Origin: an uncultured Acidobacteriota bacterium
GTDB lineage: Bacteria > Acidobacteriota > UBA6911 > RPQK01 > JAPXNP01
DNA: 64,000 nt
Direction of reading: 5' to 3'
Assembly (NCBI GenBank): GCA_963777605.1
Contig: CAVZRV010000007.1
Span: forward strand, 832,001-896,000
A program made the translations under genes and the position numbers. Of the stretch, positions 37,849-48,113 are shown piece by piece (within the stretch, counting starts at the first letter, position 1; each line of letters opens with the position of its first letter). Under the pieces are notes generated by a model. That model saw nothing but the letters and a program-made list of their open reading frames with translations, was not told the DNA's origin and ran no database searches.

Positions 37849-39420
37849 TTGGATTTGAGTTCTCGAGAAATTGCCGTTCTTCTGACACTGCTTGTCTACC
37901 AGGTCAGCCTCCTTGCGATCGGCCTGGTCTGCCGCGGGAAGACTCATGACAATCTCGATTTCTATCTTGGCGGTCGTCGCCTGGGCCCACTGGTCGCGGC
38001 AATCAGCGCGTCGGCAAGTTCTTCTTCGGCCTGGACCCTGCTAGGAGTCAGCGGGGCCGCTTACGCCTGGGGTTTCTCGGCCCTCTGGCTGTTTCCCTCC
38101 TGTGTCGGAGGATTCCTCTTGAACTGGCTGCTGCTGGCCCGTCCCCTCCGAAAGTACTCGGTTGAGGAAGACGCCCTTACCGTCACAGATGTTCTTGCCG
38201 GGAAGCCCGGCTCGTCCGGACACTCCGCCATCAACGTCATCTCTTCCCTGATCGTCCTCGCTTCTCTTGGAACTTACATTTCTTCCCAGTTCCAAGGAGC
38301 GGGGAAAACCTTCAGCGAGACATTCGGCCTTTCCATGCCCGAGAGCATCCTGCTGGGTTCACTGATCGTCGTCTTCTATACCCTGATGGGCGGCTTTTGG
38401 GCGGTCAGTGTCACGGACACGCTCCAGGGATTGCTCATGGCGGCTACCTCGATCGTCCTTCCAGCCGCCGCCCTCCACGCGGTCGGCGGCTGGTCCGGTT
38501 TCCTGGACGGCATCCGGGCCATCAACGATCCCTCGTTCTTCAACCTGTTTCGCGACATGGCCTGGCCCAGTGCCATCGGGTTCGTCCTGGGCCTGCTGGG
38601 AATCGGGCTTGGTTACCCGGGCCAGCCTCACGTCGTCAACCGTTTCATGGCCCTCTCGGAAAAACCGGGCTCGCTGGAGAAGGCCCGTTTCATCGCCATT
38701 AGTTGGGCCGTAGTCGTGTATGCCGGCATGCTGACAGTGGGCTTGTGCGGCCGTATCCTCCTCCCCAATCTTTCTGATCCGGAGATCATATTCATCGGAC
38801 TGACAAACTCGCTCTTCCCCCCGGTTATGTCAGGTATCATGCTGGCTGCCGTCCTCTCCGCCATTATGTCGACAGCAGATAGCCAACTTCTGGTCGCTTC
38901 ATCGACAGTCACCCACGACCTGGGGCTCGAAAAGATTCGCAGGCTTTCCCCGCTCACCTGGTCGCGGCTCGTGGTTCTCACCCTCAGCACCATTGCGGTG
39001 GGAGGAGCCTTGGTCGGTTCTCAACAGATCTTTTCCCGGGTGCTGTTTGCCTGGGCTGCGATGGGTTCGGCATTTGGTCCGATTCTTCTGGTGCTGGTGT
39101 ACCGGAACCAGATCCGGCCGGGTTACCGAATCGCCGGCCTGCTCATCGGGTTCGGATTCAGCGTCGGGGCCTTCCTGGTCATGCCGGCAGCACTTCCCTG
39201 GAAAGGTGCATTCGAGAGGGTGCTCCCGTTTGTGCTGACCTTTCTTGTAGCCTGGATCGGCAGTGAAGCTGATTTCCATGCGCAGGCGTCCAGATTAGAT
39301 TTTGAGCTGAACTCCGACTTCGAAGACTTTCTCGACCGGCAGGTTGAAGTAGCGGGTTATCGGTTCAGCATTGCGGAGCATCAGGATAAACAAGCGGTCC
39401 CTCAGCCGAAGCCGTCCTGA
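37849..39420 (+). CDS. Sodium:solute symporter (PutP-like)
   Basis: Motifs DFYLGGRRLGP, SASASSSSAWTLLG, GGFWAVSVTD, GYPGQPH and AIMSTADSQLL. Confidence 0.9.
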   Translation: MDLSSREIAVLLTLLVYQVSLLAIGLVCRGKTHDNLDFYLGGRRLGPLVAAISASASSSSAWTLLGVSGAAYAWGFSALWLFPSCVGGFLLNWLLLARPLRKYSVEEDALTVTDVLAGKPGSSGHSAINVISSLIVLASLGTYISSQFQGAGKTFSETFGLSMPESILLGSLIVVFYTLMGGFWAVSVTDTLQGLLMAATSIVLPAAALHAVGGWSGFLDGIRAINDPSFFNLFRDMAWPSAIGFVLGLLGIGLGYPGQPHVVNRFMALSEKPGSLEKARFIAISWAVVVYAGMLTVGLCGRILLPNLSDPEIIFIGLTNSLFPPVMSGIMLAAVLSAIMSTADSQLLVASSTVTHDLGLEKIRRLSPLTWSRLVVLTLSTIAVGGALVGSQQIFSRVLFAWAAMGSAFGPILLVLVYRNQIRPGYRIAGLLIGFGFSVGAFLVMPAALPWKGAFERVLPFVLTFLVAWIGSEADFHAQASRLDFELNSDFEDFLDRQVEVAGYRFSIAEHQDKQAVPQPKPS

Positions 39421-41191
39421 ACCTTTCAGGATTGGCGTTTCGCGGCTGACGAAAATCGTCGTATCGTCCAGATCAATATCGAAATCCCGGTTTCGAAGGA
39501 TTCGGATGATCGCGCTCAGATCAGCCCTATCCATGAAGCCATACCGGACGAGAACGCGGAAGAAGCCCTTTGGCAGCTCTTCGATTTTCAGCCTCTCATC
39601 GGCGCTCACATAGGGCGTGTTCTTGAATCCGATTGAGACGAAGAAGACGTTCTTGTGAACGGTTTTATTATGCAGAAGGTTGTGGACAAACGCCGATGAG
39701 GTCGTCAGCGGGGTTGCGGTCAAGTAAATCGCTGAACCCGACACCCGAGTTACGGTTCTAAAATCGAAATCCTCAACAAAGGTCTTTAGCGGTTTGACGT
39801 GATCAGAGATACCTTTCGCCAGGCTGTCCTGACCTTTCCTCCAGGTTGTCATGACCAGGTAGACGAGCAGCGGCAAGGCAGAGCGGATACCAGCCTCCCT
39901 GCTCTACCTTGAGGAGATTTGCGCTGAAGAAGAGCAGATCGATGACGAGGAAAACCCCGGCGACCAAAGCAGCCACGAACCAGTTCCAGTTCCAGATTCG
40001 CGTCATGGCGACATAGCCCAGCATTGTGGTGATCACCATCGTGGTTGCCACTGCAACTCCGTAGGCCGCCGCCAGATTGCTTGATGTTTTAAACCCTATT
40101 ACGACGGCTGCGGTTGCCAGGAACAGGATCCAGTTGACTCGCGGGATGAAGACTTGTCCCCGCTTCTCAGAAGACGTGTGGAGAACTTGCAGCCGAGGAA
40201 GGTATCCGAGCTGCAGTGCCTGAAAGGTCAAGGAAAACACGCCGGAAATGATGGCCTGAGACGCGATCACAGTGGCGATGGTGGCCAGGCCGACCATCGG
40301 ATAGAGCCCCCAGCCGGGCACCAGGTGGTAAAAAGGATTTTCGGCAGCCGGACCGCTTGCGAGAAGCAGCCCTCCCTGCCCGAAGTAATTGAGCATCAGG
40401 CAGGGTAAAACGACCGCAAACCACGACAGCCGGATCGGAGATCGCCCGAAATGGCCGATGTCGGCATAGAGCGCTTCGCCTCCTGTAACCACCAGAAACA
40501 CTGCTCCCAGGATAAACAGCGACTCCTGCCCTTGCCGGGAGAAGAAATCCACCGCGTGCAAAGGATTCACCGCTGCCATTACCTGCGGATTCCGGATCAC
40601 CCCGGTCACGCCGGTAGCCGCAATCACGCTGAACCAGACAGCCATGACCGGGCCAAACAGGAGTCCCACTTTTTCAGTTCCCCGATACTGAAAAGAGAAC
40701 AGCGCCAGCAGGATCGCCAGGGTGATCGGAATGATGTATGGGTCGAAAACCTTGGTGGCCACCTGGAGACCTTCCACGGCACTCAACACTGAGATTGCCG
40801 GAGTAATGGTCCCGTCTCCGTACAGCAGAGCGGCGCCGAAAAGACCAACTGCAATAACCGCTGTCCGGCTCCGCCCCTTCGAGGGAACTACCAGCTCCAT
40901 CAACGCGAGAATGCCACCTTCCCCATGATTGTCTGCCCGGAGAATCAGCACCAGGTATTTCAGTGAGATGACCAGGATCAAGGCCCAGAAAATCAGGGAA
41001 AGTACCCCCAGTATGTTCGCCGGATTCGCTGCGACGGAGTGCTCGCCGTGAAAACACTCCCGCAATGCATAGAGAGGGCTGGTTCCGATATCGCCGTAAA
41101 CAACGCCTAGAGCACTGAGAGAGAGGAGGGCCAACCTTTTGCGTTCGTGCTGTTCCTTGTCTTTGTCCTTAGCCGTTTCGCTCTTCTTCAA
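39295..41191 (-). pseudogene. kup: Potassium uptake protein Kup, split by one frameshift at about 39870
   Basis: Motifs GVVYGDIGTSPLY, TGGEALYADIGHFG and AAAYGVAV. GGWYPL...VMTTW is broken by one extra base, and the C-terminal domain lies in ORF 39295-39876. Confidence 0.85.
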
Positions 41192-41352
41192 TACGCCACC
41201 CGGAGAATGATGCTGTTGGTTTGAGAATGGAGAGAATTACGCAATGCCGTGAACGCCCTCTTTCCACCAGTTTACACTGCTACCGGTTCAACGACAGGGG
41301 CCTGCCTCCTCTGGCTCATTATTGGCGGCAATGTTTCGGTTACCATTAAACT

Positions 41353-41886
41353 ATGAGGTCAAAAGTTGGGAACATTGTGGTGGAAGTCATCGAAGGGGAC
41401 ATTACTCGCCAACCGGACGTGGAGTGTATTGTGAATGCAGCAAACGGTGCACTCAGGCCCGGCGGGGGGGTAGCCGGAGCGATCCATCGAGCGGCCGGCC
41501 CGAAATTGGACGAGGAGTGCCGCCCCCTGGCTCCGATTCGACCGGGTCAAGCCGTTATTACCGGTGCGTATGAGTTGCCCAATCAACACGTGATCCACTG
41601 CCTCGGTCCCGTTTACGGCCAGGACGAACCAGCTGCCGAGTTGCTGGCTGACTGTTATCGGAACGCTCTCCACCTGGCCGACGAACGTGGAGTCAAGTCG
41701 ATCGCCTTCCCCTCTATTTCCACAGGGGTTTTCGGCTATCCGATGCGGGAGGCTGCAGAAGTCGCCTTTTCGACGATCAAGGGCATGGCCGCCGAACTTT
41801 CCCGGGTGGAATTGGTCCGGTTGGTTCTTTTTGGAGATGAGGCCAACCGGATTCACCAGAACGCCTTGACCGCCGTGGTTGGCTAA
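41353..41886 (+). CDS. Macro domain protein (YmdB/MacroD-like)
   Basis: Motifs GDIT, IVNAAN..L.PGGGVAGAIH and FPSISTGVFGYP. Confidence 0.93.
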   Translation: MRSKVGNIVVEVIEGDITRQPDVECIVNAANGALRPGGGVAGAIHRAAGPKLDEECRPLAPIRPGQAVITGAYELPNQHVIHCLGPVYGQDEPAAELLADCYRNALHLADERGVKSIAFPSISTGVFGYPMREAAEVAFSTIKGMAAELSRVELVRLVLFGDEANRIHQNALTAVVG

Positions 41887-41912
41887 AGTCGCTGTTTGGG
41901 CTCCATCCCCGT

Positions 41913-42575
41913 ATGTCAAAATCCTGGCACTCTCACTTTGCTAATCACTATGACGGGTTCATGAGCGGGATTGAGCGGCGCTCACTGGTGCCGATTCGGA
42001 ACCGGCTCCTGAAGAACCTCTCCGGACGGATTCTGGAGCTTGGTTCCGGTACCGGTGTCAACGTCCCCCTGATCGCTCGAGAAAAGGGCAAGCGCCTGTT
42101 GACGGAACCGGATGCCGCCATGCGTTCGGTAATGCGGTCAAAGTATCCCGGACTGATCCTGGACGGGCTCCCACTGATCGGATGTACGGCGGAACGACTC
42201 CCGGTTCCTTCCAACAGTTTTGACACAGTCGTCGCTACCCTTGTGCTCTGTACCGTCCCGGACCCTATGGCGGCCTGTCTGGAGATCCGCCGGGTTTTGG
42301 TTCCGGGGGGCAAATTCCTCTTCATTGAGCACGTTCGGCGGAACGGCCGAGGTGGTGTCTGGCAAGACCGTCTTCAACCTTTTTGGTCACTTGTTGGCTG
42401 TGGCTGCCATCCTAACCGGGAAACGGTTAAAATCATGCAGAGTTCCGGGCTGACCCTCCGCGAAATCGACTATTTCGACCCCTTCGCCGAAGCTTCTTTA
42501 CTGACCCGAACGGTGGGGAAACTCGTCAAGCCCTTTGTCCATGGAATTGCCCTCAATGACGGGCCGCGCACTTGA
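41913..42575 (+). CDS. Class I SAM methyltransferase (METTL7/Methyltransf_11-like)
   Basis: Motifs LELGSGTG, FDTVVATLVLCTV, FLFIEHV and GCHPNR. Confidence 0.88.
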   Translation: MSKSWHSHFANHYDGFMSGIERRSLVPIRNRLLKNLSGRILELGSGTGVNVPLIAREKGKRLLTEPDAAMRSVMRSKYPGLILDGLPLIGCTAERLPVPSNSFDTVVATLVLCTVPDPMAACLEIRRVLVPGGKFLFIEHVRRNGRGGVWQDRLQPFWSLVGCGCHPNRETVKIMQSSGLTLREIDYFDPFAEASLLTRTVGKLVKPFVHGIALNDGPRT

Positions 42576-43961
42576 TCATTCTCCGGTCATGTGCCGGACA
42601 TCCAGGATGTCGTCCAATTCTCCCTCGCTCAGCATTCCTCTGGCGAGACAGATCTCGCGGATCGTGTTCCCGCTGCGATAAGCTTCTTTGGCAATCTCGG
42701 CTGCCTGATCGTACCCAATCTGGGGAACCAGCGCCGTGACCAGCGCCAGCGACCTTTCGACGAGTTCACGAGTACGGTCGAAGTCCGCCTGCAACCCGCG
42801 GATACACTTTTCGGCCAAGATCGAAGAGGCGTTTGAAAGAAGCTTGATCGATTGGAGCAGGTTATGCGCAATCACCGGAATCATCACGTTCAACTCGAAG
42901 TTTCCGGATTGTCCTCCGATAGTCACTGCGGCATCACATCCGATGACCTGGGCGGCCACCATGGCGGCCGACTCGGCAATTACGGGATTCACCTTTCCGG
43001 GCATGATGGAGCTTCCCGGCTGCGTGGGGGGAAGTCGAAGCTCACCAATTCCGCATCGAGGGCCTGAACCAAGCCAGCGCAGATCGTTGGCGATCTTGAG
43101 AAGGCTGACCGCCAGGGTCTTTAACATCCCACTCGCCTCGACCGCAGCATCCCGGGCCGCCAGCGATTCAAATCGATTGTCCGCCTCGCGGAATTCGATG
43201 CCCGTCCAATCCGAGATCTTGGTCACAACCCTTTCAGGAAAGCCTTCGGGACAGTTCAAGCCCGTCCCAACTGCGGTACCGCCAATTGCCAGTTCAGTGA
43301 GATGGCCTCGGGCGCCTCGGATACGCCGAACTGAGTGGGCCATCATTGATTCGTATCCGGAGAATTCCTGTCCCAACCGCACTGGCACCGCATCCTGCAG
43401 GTGGGTTCGACCAATTTTGACAATCTGGTCGAACTCCCGTGATTTCTCAGCCAAAGCTTCCTGGAGTTCCTGGATCGCCGGTAGAAGCAATCCATCGATT
43501 TCTACCATCGCGGCGATATGCAAGGCTGTGGGAATGACATCATTGCTCGACTGGCCCAGATTCACGTGGTCATTCGGGTGGATCTCACGACTTCCCAAAC
43601 GCCCTCCCCTGATCTCTATTGCTCGATTTGCAATCACCTCATTTGCGTTCATGTTGGTGGACGTTCCGGATCCGGTCTGGAAAATATCCACCACGAACTC
43701 CCGGTCCATCTTCCCTTCGATCACATCATCGGCTGCTGATTCGATAGCATCGGCGACCTCTGGACTCAGTAGACCCAATTCACGATTCGTCTCAGCTGCA
43801 GCTTTCTTGACGAGCCCGAGGGCTCGAATAAAGGGTCGAGAGAATCGAATTCCGCTGACCGGGAAGTTGAGAACAGCTCGCTGGGTTTGCGCTCCGTAAT
43901 AGGCCTTTGCAGGAACGCGGATCTCTCCCATGGAATCTCGCTCAATCCGATAATCGGTCAT
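42576..43961 (-). CDS. fumC: Fumarate hydratase class II
   Basis: Motifs QTGSGTSTNMN, GRTHLQDA and GSSIMPGKVNP. Confidence 0.95.
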   Translation of the reverse strand: MTDYRIERDSMGEIRVPAKAYYGAQTQRAVLNFPVSGIRFSRPFIRALGLVKKAAAETNRELGLLSPEVADAIESAADDVIEGKMDREFVVDIFQTGSGTSTNMNANEVIANRAIEIRGGRLGSREIHPNDHVNLGQSSNDVIPTALHIAAMVEIDGLLLPAIQELQEALAEKSREFDQIVKIGRTHLQDAVPVRLGQEFSGYESMMAHSVRRIRGARGHLTELAIGGTAVGTGLNCPEGFPERVVTKISDWTGIEFREADNRFESLAARDAAVEASGMLKTLAVSLLKIANDLRWLGSGPRCGIGELRLPPTQPGSSIMPGKVNPVIAESAAMVAAQVIGCDAAVTIGGQSGNFELNVMIPVIAHNLLQSIKLLSNASSILAEKCIRGLQADFDRTRELVERSLALVTALVPQIGYDQAAEIAKEAYRSGNTIREICLARGMLSEGELDDILDVRHMTGE

Positions 43962-43972
43962 TGACGCACTCC

Positions 43973-45208
43973 TTAAACCAGCTCTCTGACCCCGTCCACG
44001 AGGCGCTCAACTTCTTCACCCGTGTTGTAGAGAGACATCCCCACCCGAACGAGACCGCCCGAGTCTGCCAGACCAAGCAATTCAACCGCGCGCGTCGCAT
44101 AGAAATCGCCGTCCCAGACCAGGAGCCCCTTGCGGGCAAGATGATCTGCAACCTCGGCCGGGGTCTTCCCGGCGATTCGAAGAGAAACCGTAGGTGCCCG
44201 GCGCGGAGAAGTGAAATCCGGACCGTACAGCTGTACGCCCGGAAGCTCGCACAGGCTCTGGTGGAATCCCTCCGCCAGGGCATGCTCGTGCCGCTCAACC
44301 CGTTCCATCGCCGAGACGATCCTGGTCCGTCGATCCGGACCCTCGCCCAGATCGGCGATGAAATCGATCGCGGCGGCGGCCCCGGCGATCGCTGCATGGT
44401 TCAATGTGCCGGTTTCGATTCGGTAAGGCGCCGAGTACTCCTGGGTCCTGAGGCGATCGGTATCCAATTGACCGAGGAGATTGGCGCGGGAGCAGAGGAT
44501 CCCTACATGAGGCCCATAGAATTTGTACGCCGAACAGAGCAGAAAATCGAAACCCTGGGCCTGGAAGTCGATGGGAAAGTGGGGAGCATAGTGGACGGCA
44601 TCGACCAGCAAGAAGGCGCCCACTTCCCAACTCCGGCGGCGGATGTAGCTCAGGTCGTTGACTGTCCCCAAAGCGTTTGAAGCCCAGCCCACCGCAACCA
44701 GTCGGGTGTGCTCATTGAGCTTGGCATCGAAGTCCCCGTAGTCCAGAACTCCCTGCTCCGTCATCCGGACCTCACGCACGATCATGCCGTGCTCGCGCAA
44801 GGTCAGCCAGGGCCCCCGGTTGGCCTCGTGATCGAGTTGAGTGATCAGGATCTCGTCCCCCGGCTGGAACCGGCGGGCGAAGGCCCGACTCAGAGAAAAG
44901 GCCAGGGTCGTCATGTTGGCGCCAAATGAAATAGCCTCCGGCCCGGATGCATTGAGTAACTCGGCACTCGCCAGCCGCGCCTGCTCGATTATCTGGTCCG
45001 ATTCCTTGCTGGTAATGAAGGCCCCATGGGTATTGGCGTTGCAGGTTTCGTAATAACGGCTCACTGCCTGGATCACGGATCGTGGGACCTGGCTCCCCCC
45101 CGGACCATCAAAATAGGCCAGCGGGACTCCGCCCAAGGTACGGTTCAGAGCGGGGAACTCGGCCCGTTTTTCCGCAAAACGGCCGATTGTCTCGTTGACT
45201 TCGGACAA
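43973..45208 (-). CDS. Cysteine desulfurase-like class V PLP enzyme
   Basis: Motifs YFDGPGGSQVP, LDHEANRGPW, DAVHYAPH, CSAYKFYGPH and ETGT. Confidence 0.85.
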   Translation of the reverse strand: MSEVNETIGRFAEKRAEFPALNRTLGGVPLAYFDGPGGSQVPRSVIQAVSRYYETCNANTHGAFITSKESDQIIEQARLASAELLNASGPEAISFGANMTTLAFSLSRAFARRFQPGDEILITQLDHEANRGPWLTLREHGMIVREVRMTEQGVLDYGDFDAKLNEHTRLVAVGWASNALGTVNDLSYIRRRSWEVGAFLLVDAVHYAPHFPIDFQAQGFDFLLCSAYKFYGPHVGILCSRANLLGQLDTDRLRTQEYSAPYRIETGTLNHAAIAGAAAAIDFIADLGEGPDRRTRIVSAMERVERHEHALAEGFHQSLCELPGVQLYGPDFTSPRRAPTVSLRIAGKTPAEVADHLARKGLLVWDGDFYATRAVELLGLADSGGLVRVGMSLYNTGEEVERLVDGVRELV

Positions 45209-45271
45209 GTCTCAATCCTTTCCTGTGCCGGGCGTGCCCCGATCAGTTTGACAGGCCGCCCAGGGCACGAC

Positions 45272-45706
45272 TCATTGGGGTGCTGCCGACGACTCCATTT
45301 GCTCAAGGTAGGCCGTCAAATCCAGCAACTGGTTCACCGTCAGGCGATCACCGTAGTTGGACATACGCGACCCCCTCCCGCTCATTACGACCTCGTCGCC
45401 AACCGTTATGCCCGGTGGCGGCTCCGGCGTCGCGAACTGGTGAGAGGGCGCGATAATCGACTCAACCAGATAAGTCCTGGCGTGAGTCTTCCCGGTTGCA
45501 CCCAAGGCAACATAGGTGGGTGTGATCGTGGTGGGAGCCGGGTATTCGGAACCTTTAACCTCGTGGCAGCCGTTGCACTGCATCTCGGTAAAAACGACCT
45601 TCCCGGCATCGGGATCACCGTCCGGGAGATAGAGCGACTCGACTTTGCTTCCGCAGCCAATTAGGGAAATTGAAGTGGCGAAGATAAGTGCCAGTTTCAC
45701 CTTCAT
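45272..45706 (-). CDS. Mono-haem c-type cytochrome lipoprotein
   Basis: RBS GAAGGAGG, lipobox-like LIGC, CNGCH haem motif and a candidate axial Met in SRMSNY. Confidence 0.8.
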   Translation of the reverse strand: MKVKLALIFATSISLIGCGSKVESLYLPDGDPDAGKVVFTEMQCNGCHEVKGSEYPAPTTITPTYVALGATGKTHARTYLVESIIAPSHQFATPEPPPGITVGDEVVMSGRGSRMSNYGDRLTVNQLLDLTAYLEQMESSAAPQ

Positions 45707-46143
45707 GGGAACCCTCCTTCCAGACCCCTGGCAGATGACTGTTCCTCTGCCCAATATTGTATGGGACTGGAAAACAAATGTGGACAACTAATGCCAATTC
45801 TTTACCTTGCCCTCTCAGTTGTAAAGAGTCTGGAACGCTTCTGAAATCCGACCAGGCCGGTGCTCCGTCTCCGAACTCTCCTCTTCGACCGGTCGTTATT
45901 TGGCCTCTCCTAGGCAAATGCTTCCAGTTCGAATTGATCATTTGTGCAAATTCCAGAACTTCTCAACCCGGGCAGGGAAATGATGTTAAGCTTCGTGTTT
46001 GATCACGACTGGGTACTCTTGGTAATCTTCCGGTGGCAAATTGTCGATTACCCGGTTCAGAGTGTAAATGCCCACAAAATCGGCGTTGTTCTGAGAGGAA
46101 CGGGACTGGCTATGTCCGGGTGTTGGCGACAGGAACTTGATCG

Positions 46144-47172
46144 ATGAAGATTCTGAGTATTGGTTACGCTCTCCCTAGCAAGCGAGTAGGCAACGAAGAG
46201 CTGGTTGCCGAGATCCTCGAACGCAACAGCGAGCACCTCTCCCCGAAGGAGAGCGCCGAATTCGAGGAGATGATCTGGCGATTCTTCAGCATGTCCGGCA
46301 CCCAATACCGGTTTCATCGAAACAACGGCGAGAAGGCACTGGAGTTTGCTATCCAGGCCGGTCAGTCCGCCCTGGAGAAGGCCGGAAAGAAGCCGGAAGA
46401 CGTGGACCTGCTGATCTACGCGGGCGTCGGCCGGGGATGGGTCGAGCCGGCAACGGCCAACTTGTTTCAGAGTGAGTTGGGGCTCACTTCGGCGACCTGT
46501 TTTGACGTTCTCGATGCCTGTGCGAGCTGGATTCGAAGCCTCTCGATCGCACGCAGCTTCCTCGCGCAGAAGATGTACAAGCTGGTGATGATCCTCAACT
46601 GCGAGTTCAACTTCAGAGAATACGCCAATTTCGAGATCCGTAACGCCGCCGAGCTGGAGAATTCGTTCTCAGCCTTCACGATTGGTGAAGCGGCCACCGC
46701 GACTCTGGTTGAGTCCACGGAAGCGGACGACTCCGAGTTCACTTTCAAGACTTGGGGGGACAAGCATAGCCTGTGCAAGATCACCCTCCCGAACGCGAGC
46801 GATTTCTCCCCCAACGGGGAACACCTGCGACCGATGTCTTTTTTCACTGCCCCCGCGGAACTCCTCTCCTTCACAGTTCGCAAGCTCGTCGCGCATTTCA
46901 GGGAAACGCAGTCACTTGCGGGAAAGGCTTACGACATCATCATCGGGCACGCTGTCAGCGTTGCCTCGACCATGAAGGCCGCCAAGATGATGGGCCTCGA
47001 CACCAGCCGGGTGTTCGAAACCCACGCCCGCTTCGGCAACACGGTATCCGCTTCGCTTCCACTTGGGCTCGCTGTTGCGGAAGCCGAGGGTAAGCTGGTC
47101 AGGGGAAATCGGGTGCTGCTGGTAATGGGCAGTGCGGGGGTGACGACCGCGCTGGCCTCATTTGAATACTGA
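46144..47172 (+). CDS. oleA: OleA-like thiolase-fold acyl-CoA condensing enzyme
   Basis: Catalytic-site motifs RGWVEPATA (Glu), FDVLDAC (Cys), GHAVS (His) and GNTVSAS (Asn). First gene of an oleBCD operon. Confidence 0.75.
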   Translation: MKILSIGYALPSKRVGNEELVAEILERNSEHLSPKESAEFEEMIWRFFSMSGTQYRFHRNNGEKALEFAIQAGQSALEKAGKKPEDVDLLIYAGVGRGWVEPATANLFQSELGLTSATCFDVLDACASWIRSLSIARSFLAQKMYKLVMILNCEFNFREYANFEIRNAAELENSFSAFTIGEAATATLVESTEADDSEFTFKTWGDKHSLCKITLPNASDFSPNGEHLRPMSFFTAPAELLSFTVRKLVAHFRETQSLAGKAYDIIIGHAVSVASTMKAAKMMGLDTSRVFETHARFGNTVSASLPLGLAVAEAEGKLVRGNRVLLVMGSAGVTTALASFEY

Positions 47173-47186
47173 AGCCCGGTCGAGGA

Positions 47187-48113
47187 ATGCCGGAATCGTA
47201 CCCACCAGAAAGCGCAAGCCTCTCCGCCATCCCGCAACGGATTGGTTCCCTCTACAATTTCCGTTCCCACTTCTTCAATCTTGGCAGGTATCGCCTGCAC
47301 TACCTGGACGAGGGTTCGGGAAAACCCGTTCTCCTTCTCCACGGTAACCCCTCCTGGTCCTTCATGTACCGGGACTTGGTTCGTGAGCTGCGTCCTTTCT
47401 GCAGGGCGATCGCTCCAGATCATCTCGGCTGCGGGCTTTCGTCCGTTCCCAGCGAGGAGGACTACTCATTCACCCTGGACCGCCGGGTAGAAGACCTTGG
47501 TCGTTTTATCGACTCCCTGGCTCTGACCGAGCCCTTCGATCTTGTCATGCACGACTGGGGTGGGCTGATTGGGACCGCATGGGCGGTCCGGAATCCCGAG
47601 CGTGTCGCCCGTCTTGTCGTCCTCAACACAGCCGCTTTTCGGGTCCCTCCGCAGCGACGACTTCACTGGACACTTCGCATCTGCACCCGGTCGAGGCTGG
47701 CGGCCCTTCTCATCCGCGGGGCAAACGCATTTTCCATGGCCGCCGTCCGACTCGGCACGCGAAGAGCGCTGCCCGCGGCAGTAAAGGAAGGCTATCTGGC
47801 TCCTTATTCCGACTGGGAGCACCGTATCGCTGTGCTTCGGTTCGTTCAGGACATACCGCTCGATTCCACGCACCCATCGTTTGAGACTGTTCTGGAGACT
47901 GAACGTGGACTGGGGTTCTTGTCCGGGCACCCCCTGCTGATTTGCTGGGGAATGGGTGATTTCATTTTCGACAACGGGTTCCTCGACCGCTGGATCAAGT
48001 TCTTTCCGCAGGCCCGGGTTCACCGGTTTCCCGAGGCCGGCCACTACGTGCTCGAGGACGCCGGAGACCGCGTCATACCCTTGATCAAGGAGTTTCTGCA
48101 GGAGAGAGCTTGA
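47187..48113 (+). CDS. oleB: OleB beta-lactone decarboxylase (haloalkane dehalogenase-like)
   Basis: Motifs LHGNPSWSFMYR, PDHLGCGLS, HDWGG, NTAAF, FVQDIPL and GHYVLED. Confidence 0.88.
   Translation: MPESYPPESASLSAIPQRIGSLYNFRSHFFNLGRYRLHYLDEGSGKPVLLLHGNPSWSFMYRDLVRELRPFCRAIAPDHLGCGLSSVPSEEDYSFTLDRRVEDLGRFIDSLALTEPFDLVMHDWGGLIGTAWAVRNPERVARLVVLNTAAFRVPPQRRLHWTLRICTRSRLAALLIRGANAFSMAAVRLGTRRALPAAVKEGYLAPYSDWEHRIAVLRFVQDIPLDSTHPSFETVLETERGLGFLSGHPLLICWGMGDFIFDNGFLDRWIKFFPQARVHRFPEAGHYVLEDAGDRVIPLIKEFLQERA

Noticed and set aside
41353-41886. Macro domain as a DarG antitoxin or Thoeris component
   Set aside because: Single-domain YmdB-type protein with no DarT, TIR or SIR2 neighbour.
45993-46008. 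TCGTG-N6-CACGA palindrome upstream of oleA as a CRP/FNR site
   Set aside because: Arms are only 5 bp and do not fit TGTGA-N6-TCACA or TTGAT-N4-ATCAA; likely chance.
47187-48113. Haloalkane dehalogenase annotation
   Set aside because: Its position between oleA and oleC and the HGNPSWSF/GHYVLED motifs fit OleB better.
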